64,000 nt of DNA, taken from contig RDEW01000006.1 of the NCBI GenBank assembly GCA_011109175.1, positions 1,572,133 to 1,636,132 of the forward strand. Reading direction: 5' to 3'. The position numbers were made by a program, and so were the translations under genes. The stretch's first letter is position 1. Each line of letters opens with the position of its first letter. The notes beneath the pieces were generated by a model, which saw only the letters and a program-made list of their open reading frames with translations, was not told the DNA's origin and searched no databases. This document shows, one piece after another, positions 13,421 through 26,049 of this stretch. Origin of the DNA: Dicyema japonicum. Taxonomy: Eukaryota; Animalia; Dicyemida.

Positions 13421-13947
13421 AATTCTACAGAGGAAAGTGAAGCTAACTTTAAATTTACTAGATTTAGTTAATTTTTGATACCTGGAAATCGGAGACAGAA
13501 AGGATTACATTCAAGGAATCATTGAATAAGACTACGTCAAAAGGATCTCCCATTATTATTTAAACTTTAATAATTCCACCATTATGAAAGATATCTTTAG
13601 TATGGATGGTACTAAAGGCAGGAATACTGAGAGGGAACCTCTGAGCTATAGACCGATAGTCTTGTGTGCTCTATTCCGAAATAATCGAGAGGATTATCTT
13701 CAAATGTCTGTGTTGGCATATTAAAAGAACTAATTTCTTGCCCCACACCAATGGGGATTTTATCGTAGAAGGTCGCGTAATACTAATCTTCTTTGGAAAT
13801 CGGAAAAATTCAAAAATTCCAATTAAACGTTTTATATTGACTTTCTGAGATAATCATGTTTATAAAATAATCGCGCTACATATAAAAAGCAGGCATAATT
13901 TTAATGTATTTAATTTTGAGTTATTTGTCTGTTTTATAAGTTAAATA

Positions 13948-14280
13948 ATGGAAAATCGTAACAAGGTTATTTGGATAAGTTAATATTAGGAAATGGAGCA
14001 ATCGTCGACAATACCTAGTTTTTTCAAAATTATAATATTTTTAGAAAGAAGACATTTTTCATTAAAAGTTACCAATATACTAATGAAATGGCTTCTTGAA
14101 AATTCCGAGGTATGATTTGGTGGCTCAGTTTAGCACCCATTTCCACATAAAGAAATAAAGTTACAGCTAATGGAGGAGACAAAATTGACTCGTCTCCAAA
14201 TCGATAACTGGTTCAAATACGCTAGAAAAAGATCTTTATATCGTAATTATAAAGGGAAATATCAAAGACATAGACTCTGA
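13948..14280 (+). CDS. Small TALE-class homeodomain protein (TGIF/Meis/PKNOX/Irx-like fold)
   Basis: Introns 13966-13989 and 14110-14133 (24 nt each, both with in-frame stops), plus a probable 27-nt intron. Product contains RRHFSLKVTNILMKWLLENSEHPFPHKEIKLQLMEETKLTRLQIDNWFKYARKR, with the TALE loop insertion (HPFP). Confidence 0.85.
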
Positions 14281-14729
14281 AAATTAATTAACTAAAATTT
14301 AAATAATATTCATCTTATATGGGTTTATTATAAAATTTTACTTTGTTGAAATGGTAAAATAACTGAATTTACCAAACTGCAACAGAAATTATACGTCACT
14401 CAGAACAATATTATCATTAATTTCTGATTTTAATTATTCATCAATTTGTGTTTTTGGTCTTTGAATTTATATCATGTTATTCTAATATCTAAATCATCAC
14501 AACAATACTTGTAAATAATATCATTCTTGGAAAAATATTTTTTGGTAGTTGGGAAAAATATAGAATAGAATGAACTAATGTTGGACTTTTGGACAATTTA
14601 AGTAATTTTTGCCTTCTTCTGAAATTGATGGGTAGTTAAGGAAACTTTCTGTGATTATCGTAATCATCAATTGTCTGATTTGTCGATAACATACTTTTAT
14701 TATTATTATTATTACAGCACTTATCGCCT

Positions 14730-15665
14730 TGCCATAATAGTTATAGCAAAGCATGTGCAATACAAGAAACAATGTTATTAGTTAGCCTCTTCCATCCTCC
14801 ACGGTTACACGCAGTCGATCTCAGCATGTCCAGATCGTCTCCCGTCTTTAGGCATTTCTTTATCCTTTGGAGGTCTTTGTGCAGCATGATAGGTAGGGTC
14901 ATCCTTGGTCTGCCACGGAAGCATTTGCCCTCGAACATGAAATGGTCTCCATCGCCACATTAGCCGGGCAGCAAGAATCCATGCGTAGTACGTGACCAAA
15001 CAGTCTCCACCGGGCGTCAGTGATTTCCAGGCTTAGAGCCTACTCTTGCAATTTTTTGTAAATACCGGTATTCGAGATTCTAGCCGGCCACTGCATGCCA
15101 AATAACAGTCTAAGCTGTTTTCTGTGGAACGCGTTGAGAGCCGTTGATTCGGCACTCGTACAGGCCCAAGTGCCAAGCATTGTAAAGCAGTATCGGTTTT
15201 CACAAATACGTTGTACATACGCATCCGTAGATTGACACCGATTCCTTTTCAGCCATCCCTTTTTGAGTTTTTTGATTGCTACTCCAGCAAGTGTTTTCCT
15301 TTTGATGATGTCTTCTGTGTCCCCAGTAGGGATCCAAGCTTATTGACATGTCCGCCAACGTTCATTAAGGATGTTGTCCATTCTTTTGATTTCGGTGATT
15401 TTCCGTTTTGGCCTGTTAACGATGAGGAACCATTCCCCCAGTTTGTCCGGTGCATTTTCCAGCAGATGTGTGAGAGCTTCTGTATCCTCGGATATAAAAT
15501 CCACATCATCCGCGTATACGACTTCGTTTATTTTTCCTTCATAGCAAGTTCTTAGATCCTTTAGTGCAGCTTCGAGATATATCACAAATAGTAAGGGGGA
15601 GAGGGAGTCTCCCTGAGGAGTGCCGATTGTAGAGGAGTCTCCCTGAGGAGTGCCGATTGTAGGAG
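14730..15665 (-). mobile_element. 5'-truncated RTE/RTEX-like LINE
   Basis: GTPQGDSLSP, IYLEAALKDL, YADDVDF, RGRPRMTLPIMLHKDL. A 30-bp tandem duplication sits at the truncation point (15598-15661). Confidence 0.8.
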
Positions 15666-16559
15666 TGCATACTTTTAAACTCTACTATCTCATCCATTCT
15701 GCCACAACAGACAGATGATCCTAATTTACAATTTGGAAGATTACCGTTCTGATAAAGTGTTCTTAAAAATAATAAAAGGAAGTGGACTCTCGGTAGTAAA
15801 TGCTTATATCAATGCAATAATAGTCATTACCCCTGTCTCATCAAGTGAAAGGAAACCGATGGCTAACAAGAAAGCAACTACCCTCTCAAAGATTGTTTGG
15901 TATTCACGTGGGTCAATGTCGTTAAGAAAACTGCTAAATTTGTAGTGAACAGACCTAACCAACCTACCTCACCAAAATGGATCCTCAAAGTTGAAGTTTA
16001 TATAATTTTAACAAATACAGTAAAACGTTTGAAATGAGCCATTTGGAACTCGCAAAGTGATGGATTGGGGAGAATCAAATTTTAATATGCTTGATTTATT
16101 ACCCCCGGATTCATCGAGAAAGCAACTAAAAATTAACGACTAATTAATTGTATCCAGTCCCACTGTCGCAGAATCAGAGATGCTCCAATTTCACATACAA
16201 GTACATCCTAAGACATTGAAAAGGGAAGAACATTCCTGTATTCGCAGTTTGTGGGGACTTTCAAATAGAGGGAGATTTAATTCATCTAAATTCCTCGAAT
16301 TCACAATTGCTATTAAATTGCTAAATAAATCCTCACACTCACTTTCTGCTTATAATAGAAAATATTTACTTTAATGTAACATTGCAGCTAGTGGCTTTCG
16401 TCTTATTTTGATCGATTAATTATTGTTAGATAATTTATTTGACGAAAAAATTTAATAAAAATCACAATAAAAAGTGAGGGATCAGAGAATTTTTTAGGAT
16501 TTTTACAATTTCTGCGGATTCGATAGATTTTATTGTACATTTAATCTTCGCAGCCTCTT

Positions 16560-16690
16560 TCGTAAAGGAAATCGGGGGGAAATTGACCCACCGCAAGAAA
16601 GAGGTGCGGAAGCGGTATGGTTGAGGCAACGAATTGGTATCTCAGTTGTTCGCGGAAACACTTATACCCGTGATAGTAGTAATAATATTT
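16560..16690 (+). mobile_element. CRE-clade 3' tail
   Basis: WLRQRIGISVVRGN. Confidence 0.55.
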
Positions 16691-17039
16691 TTGTTAATAA
16701 ATTTTTAATTTACTAAAAAAATTATTTGGTTGGTATCCCCGATTTCGCTATCTTGGAGGAGTCTGTCGTCCACAGGCGTCCAGCAGCTAGCGTCAGGCGC
16801 TTCCACAAGTCTTCAACTTTTTCTCGTAGTAGCATTGATAGTTGCTTAGGTGATGGGAGTCAAGAGCCTGATTTGTTTCTAAGGAAAAAGTGCTCAGAAC
16901 GTAGTTGTGCTAGGGTCTCCCTTAGTTTTGTGAACAAATATATTGTCTTCTAAAGTAAGAATGTCGAATTCAGATCCTTATTACTAATTAACCTAATTAA
17001 CAACAATCCCTTTCGTATAGGAGTAGTAATGTTTCCTCT

Positions 17040-17200
17040 TTAGCCGAGGCACACACTTTATTTAAAGGGGATACATAGTAATCAAAGAAGGTCACCAAAA
17101 ATGGTCCTTTTGGTCGTGTGAGTCCCTGAAAACAACCCAGTTGCGCAATGAGGTATCAATGATGACGGCATCACTCGTCAAGCACTGACTATTCTTGTAG
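17040..17200 (-). mobile_element. SINE body and tail fragment
   Basis: GACGAGTGATGCCGTCATC...AAATAAAGTGTGTG matches the SINE at 60295-60583. Confidence 0.55.
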
Positions 17201-17556
17201 TCATTATAAACCTCTCTTGTTAACCACCAACTCGTCTCATAATCTATCATCTCTTCCACATCTAACAAAATGCCTCCACAATAACCAGACACTTATTCAT
17301 CGGTTACTATCAAAGACGAATTCCCCAAACACGAGGCCACCCACTCAAGACAACCCAAAAATTTAAATCAGACACGCCGAGTTCCACAACCTCCATACAC
17401 GTGGTCACCATCAATTTCATGCACATCAATATACATAAATTTATTATAAACAAAATAATAATAAATATCGCTACACTGAAGGAATCCAAATAGATCGCTC
17501 ACTAAAATAATTATAATTCCCACCAAAAACAATGCCGAGCAATCTCCCGCACGTGG

Positions 17557-18658
17557 TTACTCCTCGTCAATATAATAACAGTAAAAATATCCACCAGTGG
17601 ACGCCACACATACTATCAACTGGTTGGCCCGTCTACCATAACTCCTCACTTACTGCTCTATGGCCGTCTTCGTGATGAACCCCTTCCCACAAGGAATCTT
17701 TATCGTAGCCACAGATCTGGGACACGTGGCCAACTGAGTAGTCTCAAACGGCAAATAGGTGACCGAGGACGCCGCAAGGAATCCAATTGTTGAAAGCCAC
17801 GAACTCGACCTATCATTATCCACATAGACTCAACGCAGGGGATTCCTTAGAGAGGTTGAATAGGTGGACCGTGTCCGAGTCCGAGGAGACCAACAAATAT
17901 TCGAGTCCGCAGAACACTAAAGACGTAATCACAGCGTATCTAAAGTCACAAGTCCACAAACTTGGCCAAACCTCGGATAAACTGAAAGAGGACGTTCCCG
18001 TCGGCAGCATCAAAGACTTTTATGAAATGTCCCTAGTTTTATGAACAAACTCACCCTTGCTGGAGCCACAGCGAGGTACCGCTTGTTTTCAGAGAGCTGC
18101 AAGGCTCCTATTGGTCTCTGGAAGCATTTAATCACCACAGAGCCTTGTTTATGTTTCCCTACGTGCAGAATCTGGACGGATCCAGGGTTCTTCAACACTG
18201 CGTAGGCCACCCAGGATCCCCAAATGGCCAAGGCCGTGTGAGTGCATTCGTAGTCAACCACGGTAGACCCCACAGTCTGGAGATCCTTGGCGCTGTAGGT
18301 GAACAGTTTGTTGGCAACAGCAACGACAAGGATCTAAATAAACGTGAACATTACTGTGGAGTTGGCAAGAACTGAGGAGATCCTTGTGCCATAATGGAAC
18401 TGTTTTTCTACCATCTTGGAATCCAAACTGAAGATATTAATTTTCTTGAGTCACGTAGTAGATTCGTCTTAGTCTGCTTTCTTTAACCACGTGGATGATC
18501 TCAGAGAAGAAAGGTGACGAGACTTCGACATCTAGTTTGTGATTAACTAGCTTGAATGACTTGAATCCCATATTGGTGGCAACTGATAATGAACTAGAAA
18601 CTAAAAATGTACCATACTTGCTGTAACTGTCGAAATGAATATGCCTGACTGGCAGCAT
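17557..18658 (-). CDS. PROPPIN (WIPI/ATG18 family) WD40 protein
   Basis: Six introns of 21-25 nt give HFDSYSNSLSVATNMGFKSF, GSVQI, RGHFIKVFD, QFIRG, SSDSDTVHLFNL and VASTGGYFYCY, colinear with WIPI1/2. One apparent extra base near 18443. Confidence 0.9.
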
Positions 18659-18899
18659 CACAAGAAAAAAATTTTTAAATTACTGATAATAGATTTTATT
18701 TATAATTTAAAATTATGTAATTGTTGTAATAATTACTGCAAAATTACGACAAAATTTCTTAACATTATTACAAAATTTTTCAAGGATTTCCTTTAGGAAG
18801 ACTGTCAGCAAATTTAATAAATAAATAAATAAAAAATAAATAAAAGCAAACAACGACGTTATCTCATCTAGTAGATATCATGTCTATACAATCTTTAAT

Positions 18900-19050
18900 C
18901 TGAGGGGCGTGTCCGTGTAATAATTGCATCCAGTTATATGGCGATGTGTGTTTGTGTGAGCTCGAGGGAGGAGCATCTGATCAAAATGAGGTCTCTGTTG
19001 AAGCAGGATCACGTGAGTAGTTAGTTTTTTGTTACCGTGATCATTAGAAT
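18900..19050 (+). mobile_element. 3' tail of Jockey/I-like LINE
   Basis: CGAGGGAGGAGCA...GGATCACGTGA-TAGTTAG-TTTT-TTACCGTG matches 56815-56900. Confidence 0.55.
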
Positions 19051-19899
19051 TTTTCGTTCTTTCATTTCATTTTTCCTCTTAGAGCTATAGAGTTGTGGTG
19101 TGTTCCTTATTCTCCATGCTGGATGAGGCTGCAGGACAGTTTATGTCAAGACTAAGACATTGAAGTGAATCAGGGTCAAATAACAATCGTCCGATAAAAT
19201 TAACGGATTCATTACAAGTAATTTTGCTAAAAGGAACCACGGTGATATTCCACCATTAAAAGAACTTAAACTTTGGAGTGGAAAACAATGTTACCTGGCT
19301 AATCGATAATCTGACGTGACACATCTTGGAAGAGGCTTATTAACTAGTTTACGCAACGGAATTATTTAGTAGATACCGTTGACTATGTCTACAACCTCCT
19401 CCAGGATAAAGCCATCTTTGAACCTTTTTCTTCATTAATAACAAGTTTTTTATTATAATATGGTTAAGCATATTTAGTTATTAATGAGTGAAATATTTCT
19501 GGTTCTGATGCCCCAGAGGAATGTAGGCAGAAGATCTTGAAACTGATTTCACATATAAGAAATGAGGGTTCCTTACGACTGATCGGCTAACATGATACTC
19601 CATTTGTTTGTTTTCCATTTCGAAGTGCAGGTTTGAAGCACTAGGAGTAACTATTCCGTCTGTCTCGTTTATTTGGTACTTTTGCTCTTTTCTAGTTCTT
19701 CCAAGACGTTGGCTACAATGTACTGATGGGAAAAAACACCCACCAGGCAACTTTATTTGCAACTATGTTTGTCCGGATTGACTAAGAGATTCTTGAATAA
19801 AATGAAAGGAAGTGAAATGTAAGCACTTCATCCGCCCTCTGTCTTCGCTTTAAGGACTCACATTTCCTGATCAGGGTTTCTGGTTAAAACTTTTTGTAG

Positions 19900-21075
19900 G
19901 ATAACAAGACGTCTTCTAAGTCGTAGCATTAATTAAATCACTCATTCCATAAGATATATTCTTCTACTTCACCACATTAAGTCATTAGCTGAAATTCTTT
20001 CTTCACAGTGTTTTAAAAAGAAGAAACTCGGAAATACAGACGACCTTCTAAAAATCTCCTTCTCGAGGAGAGCGATTGAGGAATTTAACATGGAAGATTG
20101 TCCATGATGTTGCAGAAGCGACGAGGAGATAGGAATGGGGACAGATTTGGAAAACATCCATCCCAGTTTAAGTTCAGTGTTCACCTTAAAGTTTGCAATC
20201 TGAAGTTTCTCCAGAGTTTTTGTGTGAACATTGTTAAGATTGGATATGTCAATCCCAATAATTTTGGACCGTTGGCTCCAAACAAGATCCGCTTTTTCCA
20301 ATTTTGAGCTTGCTACATTTATTTCTTGAAGTTATTTTTTCTTCAAGTTTGCCCCTTCGGTCCCAATGTTGCCATGGTAATTTGGTTTTTGAACAAAATT
20401 TATAAGTGGTCATCAATAAGCTCGGCCATTTCCAAGTGATCCACGATCAGTTACTTGGGTCGTCTCCAAAATTATCAGTTATTTCAGTGCTTTGCCTCTA
20501 ATTTATCGAGCAACCTCATAGAACTTTTCATTGTCCCTGAGGCTGTCAATCAGTCTGCTCTAATCGATTATTCTGTTCTTTGATCTCAGTGGTGTGAATA
20601 TAATCATCCATAATGGCATTTTATGTACAAATTACTTTTGATTTATTGTCACGTGTCTCACTGTTGCGATTCACACACTGTTATCTACTTGTCTTAAGAA
20701 ATCCTTTTCTCAAATTTCTCAAGAATTGAGTCTCTCTTGTTTGAATCATACCAATCCTCCCAACATTCCAGAAAGTATTACGAAGTTGAAGACATAAACA
20801 TTCTTTTAGTAAAATTACTTACAGTTACTATATAATCGGAAGAAAACGCACTTCTTATCAACAAATTAATTTGACTATATGGCGGAAAATTGTCTGAGAA
20901 GTTGGGTAAAATCACAGAAGAATAAACCTTCAATCGAACTTAATGATAGATATTTGACTCACAGTTTATTGACTTTTATTTGCAAAAAAGGCGTTCATCC
21001 CCCATAAAGCTAAGTAGATATTTCATGGATAGAGGTACGCCAACACCCTAACCTTCGAACCAATTAACCACGTGT
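19900..21075 (-). mobile_element. Probable decayed 5' part of an RTE/RTEX-like LINE
   Basis: Starts with the family 5' motif (21030-21075) and has a TFWNV-like APE start near 20770. The downstream frame is riddled with stops. Confidence 0.3.
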
Positions 21076-21163
21076 TTAACAAGGATCAGAATATATTGAT
21101 ATTCTGTAGGCAACATTGACATTATGGATAAAAAGATTCAATTAAAAGCTGTGAATATAATAA

Positions 21164-22268
21164 TTATTGGTGACCCCAGCATCGGTTTTTTAGTTTCTGC
21201 TGATAAACCCACCTCGTCCACTGAGGTCTAGTGATGTCAATTTTCGAAAGGAATCTTCTCAACTCGATCTTTGAAGGATTCGAGTGCAGATTACAAAACT
21301 TCCGCATTTCATCCAACTGGTTTTTAGAGAATCCTAAATATAACGGGGATTCAACTGAAAAATCTTCTCTCACTTCGAATCCTCCCTCCTCTGGGTCTAC
21401 AACCATCACTTTTTTCACTTCCTCTTCCTTGAGCTAAACAGAGATTAGAGACACGCTCTCCTTCAAATTGACCTTCTAAACAAGGCAATAATCTACCTGG
21501 AGTTTTCAGCCGAGAAATACTTTCGTCATGGAAACTAGAGCTTCCCAAATAATCGGACTCCAAATTGACGTAATCACCATAATAATCCGAAAAAGGCTCA
21601 ATATTTGAATCATGGTTGTAATCCTGCTGGTATTCAGAGCTGTAGTCGAGGCCAAATTTGTTATCCCATAATTGTTCTTGAATTTTTCCAAAATAAGAGT
21701 AATCTACATGACATTCCACAAAACTTCGATTCGACCGGTGAAATTCGCTATCTAAAATTAATATTGATTCCACCGAAATGTCCAGCCCAGTCTTCACAGT
21801 AAAGTGGAGGATGAGGATCTACAGTAACACCAAACCTGACCATCTGTATATCTCGGGTAGAAGTGATTCGACGAGAAGTACTGATCTAATTATTATTTGT
21901 TACATCCTTAACTGTGATATTCGTCACCTTGTAATGGGTCAACTATAAGTGATTACACTCTCCTCACCATAACGATTACTCCAATTTTCATCACAGATGT
22001 GGGAGTAATCATTTAAAATACTTCCATTAAATATGTCAAATTGTTGATTTGTGGTATTCTCATTTTGTGGTTGTGTGGAATAGTGGTCTATAATAAATTT
22101 ACTGATTACTAGAATTTTTATGACCTTTGTGGTCGCAATGAGAATTATCTAAAATATTTGAAATAACAGCTGACCAAAGTATGACACTTCTAAATGCGGA
22201 AATTGGTCTCCATTTTTCTGATTTTGGGTTAGGCCACGTGTTGGTAAAATATCTGACATTTTTCCCAT
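21164..22268 (-). CDS. Protein with low-complexity Y/D/S/H-rich N-terminus and a highly divergent C-terminal homeodomain, up to 9 micro-introns
   Basis: Splicing GT-AG introns of 26, 22, 25, 27, 22, 22, 21, 21 and 22 nt gives one open frame. It ends RRFFRFSKNQLDEMRKFCNLHSNPSKIELRRFLSKIDITRPQWTRWVYQQKLKNR, with homeodomain spacing (F8, Q12, L13, P26, Q44, W48). Confidence 0.7.
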
Positions 22269-22389
22269 GTATTTATCATTAAATTGCTCGAGTGGTTATA
22301 TATATCGGAAATTACGTTATCGCTCCACCCTAATCATTGTTATTGAAGTACCCACAAATTAATGGCTGAGCAATTTTAATCTATTTATT

Positions 22390-22600
22390 TAAAAATCACG
22401 GATATACCGGAAGGAGGTTGACGTATCCAGTTCCCACGGTCGGAATGTCATGCATCCGAGTATCTCGTCCACCATTGTGGAACCCCCTCAGTCGAATAGG
22501 GAAGAGATAGATCCTTTTAGATTTGGCGTCTCTTGAAGACAGGTGGACCGGACCTCTAGGATTTGAAAAAGGCATAGAGCAGAACGGAATCTTTTGATCA
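22390..22600 (-). repeat. Divergent inverted copy of the ~320-bp repeat family
   Basis: GGATATACCG..GTATCCAGTT.CCAC and TTGTGGAA.CCCCT.CAGT match the reverse complement of 58970-59305. Confidence 0.45.
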
Positions 22601-22799
22601 GACAGGAATTAGTTTACAATATAATCTGTTTATTTGCACAAACAAAATTTTTTATGCAAAAAAATAAACTAAGATCTTTGTTAAATACAAAAAGCTGTAA
22701 TCTGTAACTTTTTAGATTAATAATTTGATCTATGATAATAATCGTGGATATATCCGTTAAGAATGATCCGTGATTTTCTGATAACTACTGCTTAGGGAG

Positions 22800-23126
22800 G
22801 TTTTATTAGTCATTCTGTGCTTAGTCGTCGTCTCTACTCAGATATTCTCAAATTGAATCCACTTTATTACTTTGTCCCTAGTCGAGTTGGCCGAATACAA
22901 ATGTATGCGACACTTCTTTGTTCTGAACTTCCGCTTTCTGACGTTTCCAGAGTCCAGCAGCACTTCCATACTCAGGAAAAGAAAACAGTGGTTTTCATTT
23001 ACCATTGACTTTAGTAGACATGCTCACGATAAGAAGAAAGACAGAGGTTCTCATCCATCCTAAGTCGACATTTTTAGCAATAGAGGTAGTCACCACCTCT
23101 ACCTTCCGATCAATTAACCACATGGA
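22800..23126 (-). mobile_element. 5' end of RTE/RTEX-like LINE
   Basis: Family 5' motif at 23077-23126 followed by a decayed WNVR-like APE start. Confidence 0.4.
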
Positions 23127-23579
23127 TATTTTGGTTTATCACAGCCACATAAGTTACGTGAGTCATATTTGTGATAATTTAATTTTCTAGCTGATAATTA
23201 ATATTCCACAGTGATCAGAGAAATAGTTGTTTTTTGGTATCAGAATTAGTCGTTACTGATGTACTCTATTAGTCTGAAGACGCATAATACATGTTTAGTC
23301 AACCTCTTGTGAGTGAACACATTCACTCTAACAATTTGTGTGTAAATTCCCTTCAATCAGCAATCCTTCTTCTCTATTTGTCTTCCCTTTTTCCTTTTGT
23401 CCTATCGAGAGTTATGACTAGACTAGCGTGTCCTTCTTTTAAGTCACCAGCCATCCACCTAACTTCCCCTCCTCCTAGAGTGCGGGTATGCCACTTCACC
23501 AGTGTAATGAGTTTCTCGCTCTTCCAATACAAACTCTCCATATTTAAGATATGGATAATTAGCTTAAGTCATCGTTGCA

Positions 23580-23720
23580 CGTGGGTTCCGCAGCGAGCAC
23601 TGCTGAAGATTTGAAAAAAAGGAAGTACCTTGACATCGTGGACCAGTTCGTCTTCCAGCCGATCTCCTTCGAGTCGTATGGCGTTATTGGCCCGAGCACG
23701 TCTGAGATTATCAGGTCAAA
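23580..23720 (+). mobile_element. CRE REL fragment
   Basis: KKRKYLDIVDQFVFQPISFESYGVIGP. Confidence 0.55.
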
Positions 23721-24364
23721 CCAGTATAAACTATTTTGGATCGTCTAGGGCAGTGTTTCTAAACTTTTTTTTCGTATCGCTTCTATGAAAAAAATTTCTC
23801 CCTTGTCAATAATTTATCGCCCCATAATAACTATAGTGATGCTATAATTAATCAGTAGGGCGGAAATTATATGACATTTTAAGACATTTTATAAACAAAT
23901 TAGTACAATTAGGGCATCTTAAGAAAAAATGGGACAATTTTATCATTTTATGAAATATTTTTAAATGTTGTTTTCATTGAAATTTTATTGTATTACAAAT
24001 TGTCCAGACAATTGCATTTAATATTACTTCCCATTAATGTTATTTTCATTAATAATTAAATAGAATTGTTTGTTTAAAAATGTTTAGCGTCCCACAGGTA
24101 CGTAGTAGGAATATTTTAGTATTGGCACATCATTCTATTGTGATGGTGATGTTAATGGGGAATCTATAATGGAATCTTGGGAGTTTATGAAACTAAGGAA
24201 TTTTGGATCACTACTTCGTCATGAAAAATGTTAGGATTTCTCTATTATAATGGACTCAACGAAGTAATCAATCCCACAACCTTAAGATATGATATCATCC
24301 TCCATCTCATATTCCTTAATCCAATTTGAGAATTATTATTATTAAAAAGCACTCTCGAGGATAT

Positions 24365-24820
24365 ATAAAATTAGTTAAGTTTCCCTTGTGCCGTATTCAT
24401 AAACATCCTCACCGTCAGCCTCGACCATGATCCTCCGTTGCGCGCTAGTTTTCTTAGGTAGTCTAGGTTGTCCGCCATTTCCATTATAATGTTAGATGCT
24501 GCCCAAAACTCTTGTAACACAATAAATCAGGTCCTGATGGACTGCAAATCCGAGACCATAATGTCGGCAGGCCGATGAGAAGGTAAAAAGGTGGAATTTT
24601 CTAAACAGTTCTGTAAATTGTACGGTCGTTTTTGTCTCTTGTGGCCAGCAGATAGAGACGTCGTATTTTGTTAGATCCAGTTGATGTTTCTTGTTAGGTT
24701 GTTTAAGTCCTCTGCAATTTAAAAGATCCCAGAGTGAACGGAGAAGTCGGTAAGGAATACGAATAAAACATAGTGCAATAGAGGCGTCGTCACCACCTCA
24801 ACCAATAATCAATTGAGAAT
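24365..24820 (-). mobile_element. Bipartite non-autonomous LINE derivative, copy 1
   Basis: Reverse-complement homologue of 47698-48180 with the same APE-to-3'-end junction (GCAGCATCTAAC|ATTATAATGGAAATGGCGGAC). Confidence 0.8.
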
Positions 24821-24989
24821 GTTCTCAAAATGGAAGAATTCTGTGAAGAGGGGCTGCATATTGGGATTTACAGCTAAGACATCTTATCTCATCTTTTTCG
24901 AATTGATTACCCCTGAAGACTAAGAATACTTGGAATGATGAAAGGATACATTATGAGAGCAGTTAATGGTGAAATTATCATGAATAAAT

Positions 24990-25295
24990 TTTTGTGTTTA
25001 ACAGTATTGTCAAGCACGAATCTTTCAAATCAGTTCTGACAACAGGAGCAGCTGAATCGACCGCGGAAAACCTAAAAATCAAGAAATATTCTTGCCTCGT
25101 GGACCGGTACCGATTTACTCCTGTTGCAGTCGGGTCATCGGGAGCCGTGGGTCCAATGACGGCTGAGTTCTTGCGCGAACTCAAAAGGAATGCTTGACAG
25201 AAAGTAAAGGGATCAACGAGAAGAGTTCTGGCTGAAACAAAAAATTGGAATGGCCATACTCCGAGGCAACTTGTTCGCGATCCACGCAGCCGGCT
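24990..25295 (+). mobile_element. CRE 3' end (REL)
   Basis: KIKKYSCLVDRYRFTPVAVGSSGAVGP...WLKQKIGMAILRGN. Confidence 0.75.
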
Positions 25296-25399
25296 TCTTC
25301 AACTAAAATTTGTTTCATTGTTAAATAATGTCTTTAATAAAAAACTATTTGGAAAACACTATTATTATTAGCAATGTCCGCGGGACCAGAAAAGTTAAC

Positions 25400-25830
25400 T
25401 AATTTGAGATTCCACTTTTGCCATGCATCTCTGGATACGCGCTGTGAATCGTTTCCATCCTTCCCTGTTTCTAGCATCTGCCCTCAGATCATCGAGATCC
25501 TCTCCTGTTTTCATTTGTCTTCCTATGCAAGTGAGTTCTTTGTCGACCTCGATTCGTTGTTTTGTTTAATACAGAAAAGTATGATTCCATGGCTTGATTG
25601 GCTGGTGTCATTTCAGAAAACTCATAGGATATATCCAAAGAGGTGCCATTTCGCAGAAGTAACTTTATTCCCAATCTTTGTTGGTTTAGTAATTCTATAT
25701 AGCTAGTCGTTGGTTATCCGTTTTGGCCAGTAGAATCCCAGAAGTCGTAGTTGTTTTCTGTGGAAAGAGTTGAGGTTTTCCAGTTCTTTAATGGTTAGGC
25801 TCCAGGTCCCCGCGTTATAAAGTAGAATTA
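25400..25830 (-). mobile_element. RTE/RTEX-like 3' end
   Basis: KELTCIGRQMKTGEDLDDLRADARNREGWKRFT. Confidence 0.6.
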
Positions 25831-26049
25831 GTTCGATAAAGGTGTTACAACCGAATTCGAAGGCGAGTGCCTATGTACTTTCGCTGCATCCAGATCGCTC
25901 TCAATTTTTTGAAAGAAGGAACCGTCAGAACTTTCCTGTGAATAAAGTCCTCCGAGTCCCCGAGGAGAGATCCAAGTTTCTTGCATGTTCTCCACTTTTC
26001 TTCGTTTCTCGTCGTGCAGCGGATAGGAAAACACTAAATAAAATAAAGA

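Noticed and set aside
15700-16400. Possible membrane-protein or GPS-domain gene on the minus strand
   Set aside because: Hydrophobic stretches are present, but multiple stops are not removable by plausible introns.
17092-17436. Long frame with in-frame TGA and TAA suggesting stop-codon reassignment
   Set aside because: Confident genes terminate at TAA and TGA. Part of the frame is SINE sequence and no homology is recognisable.
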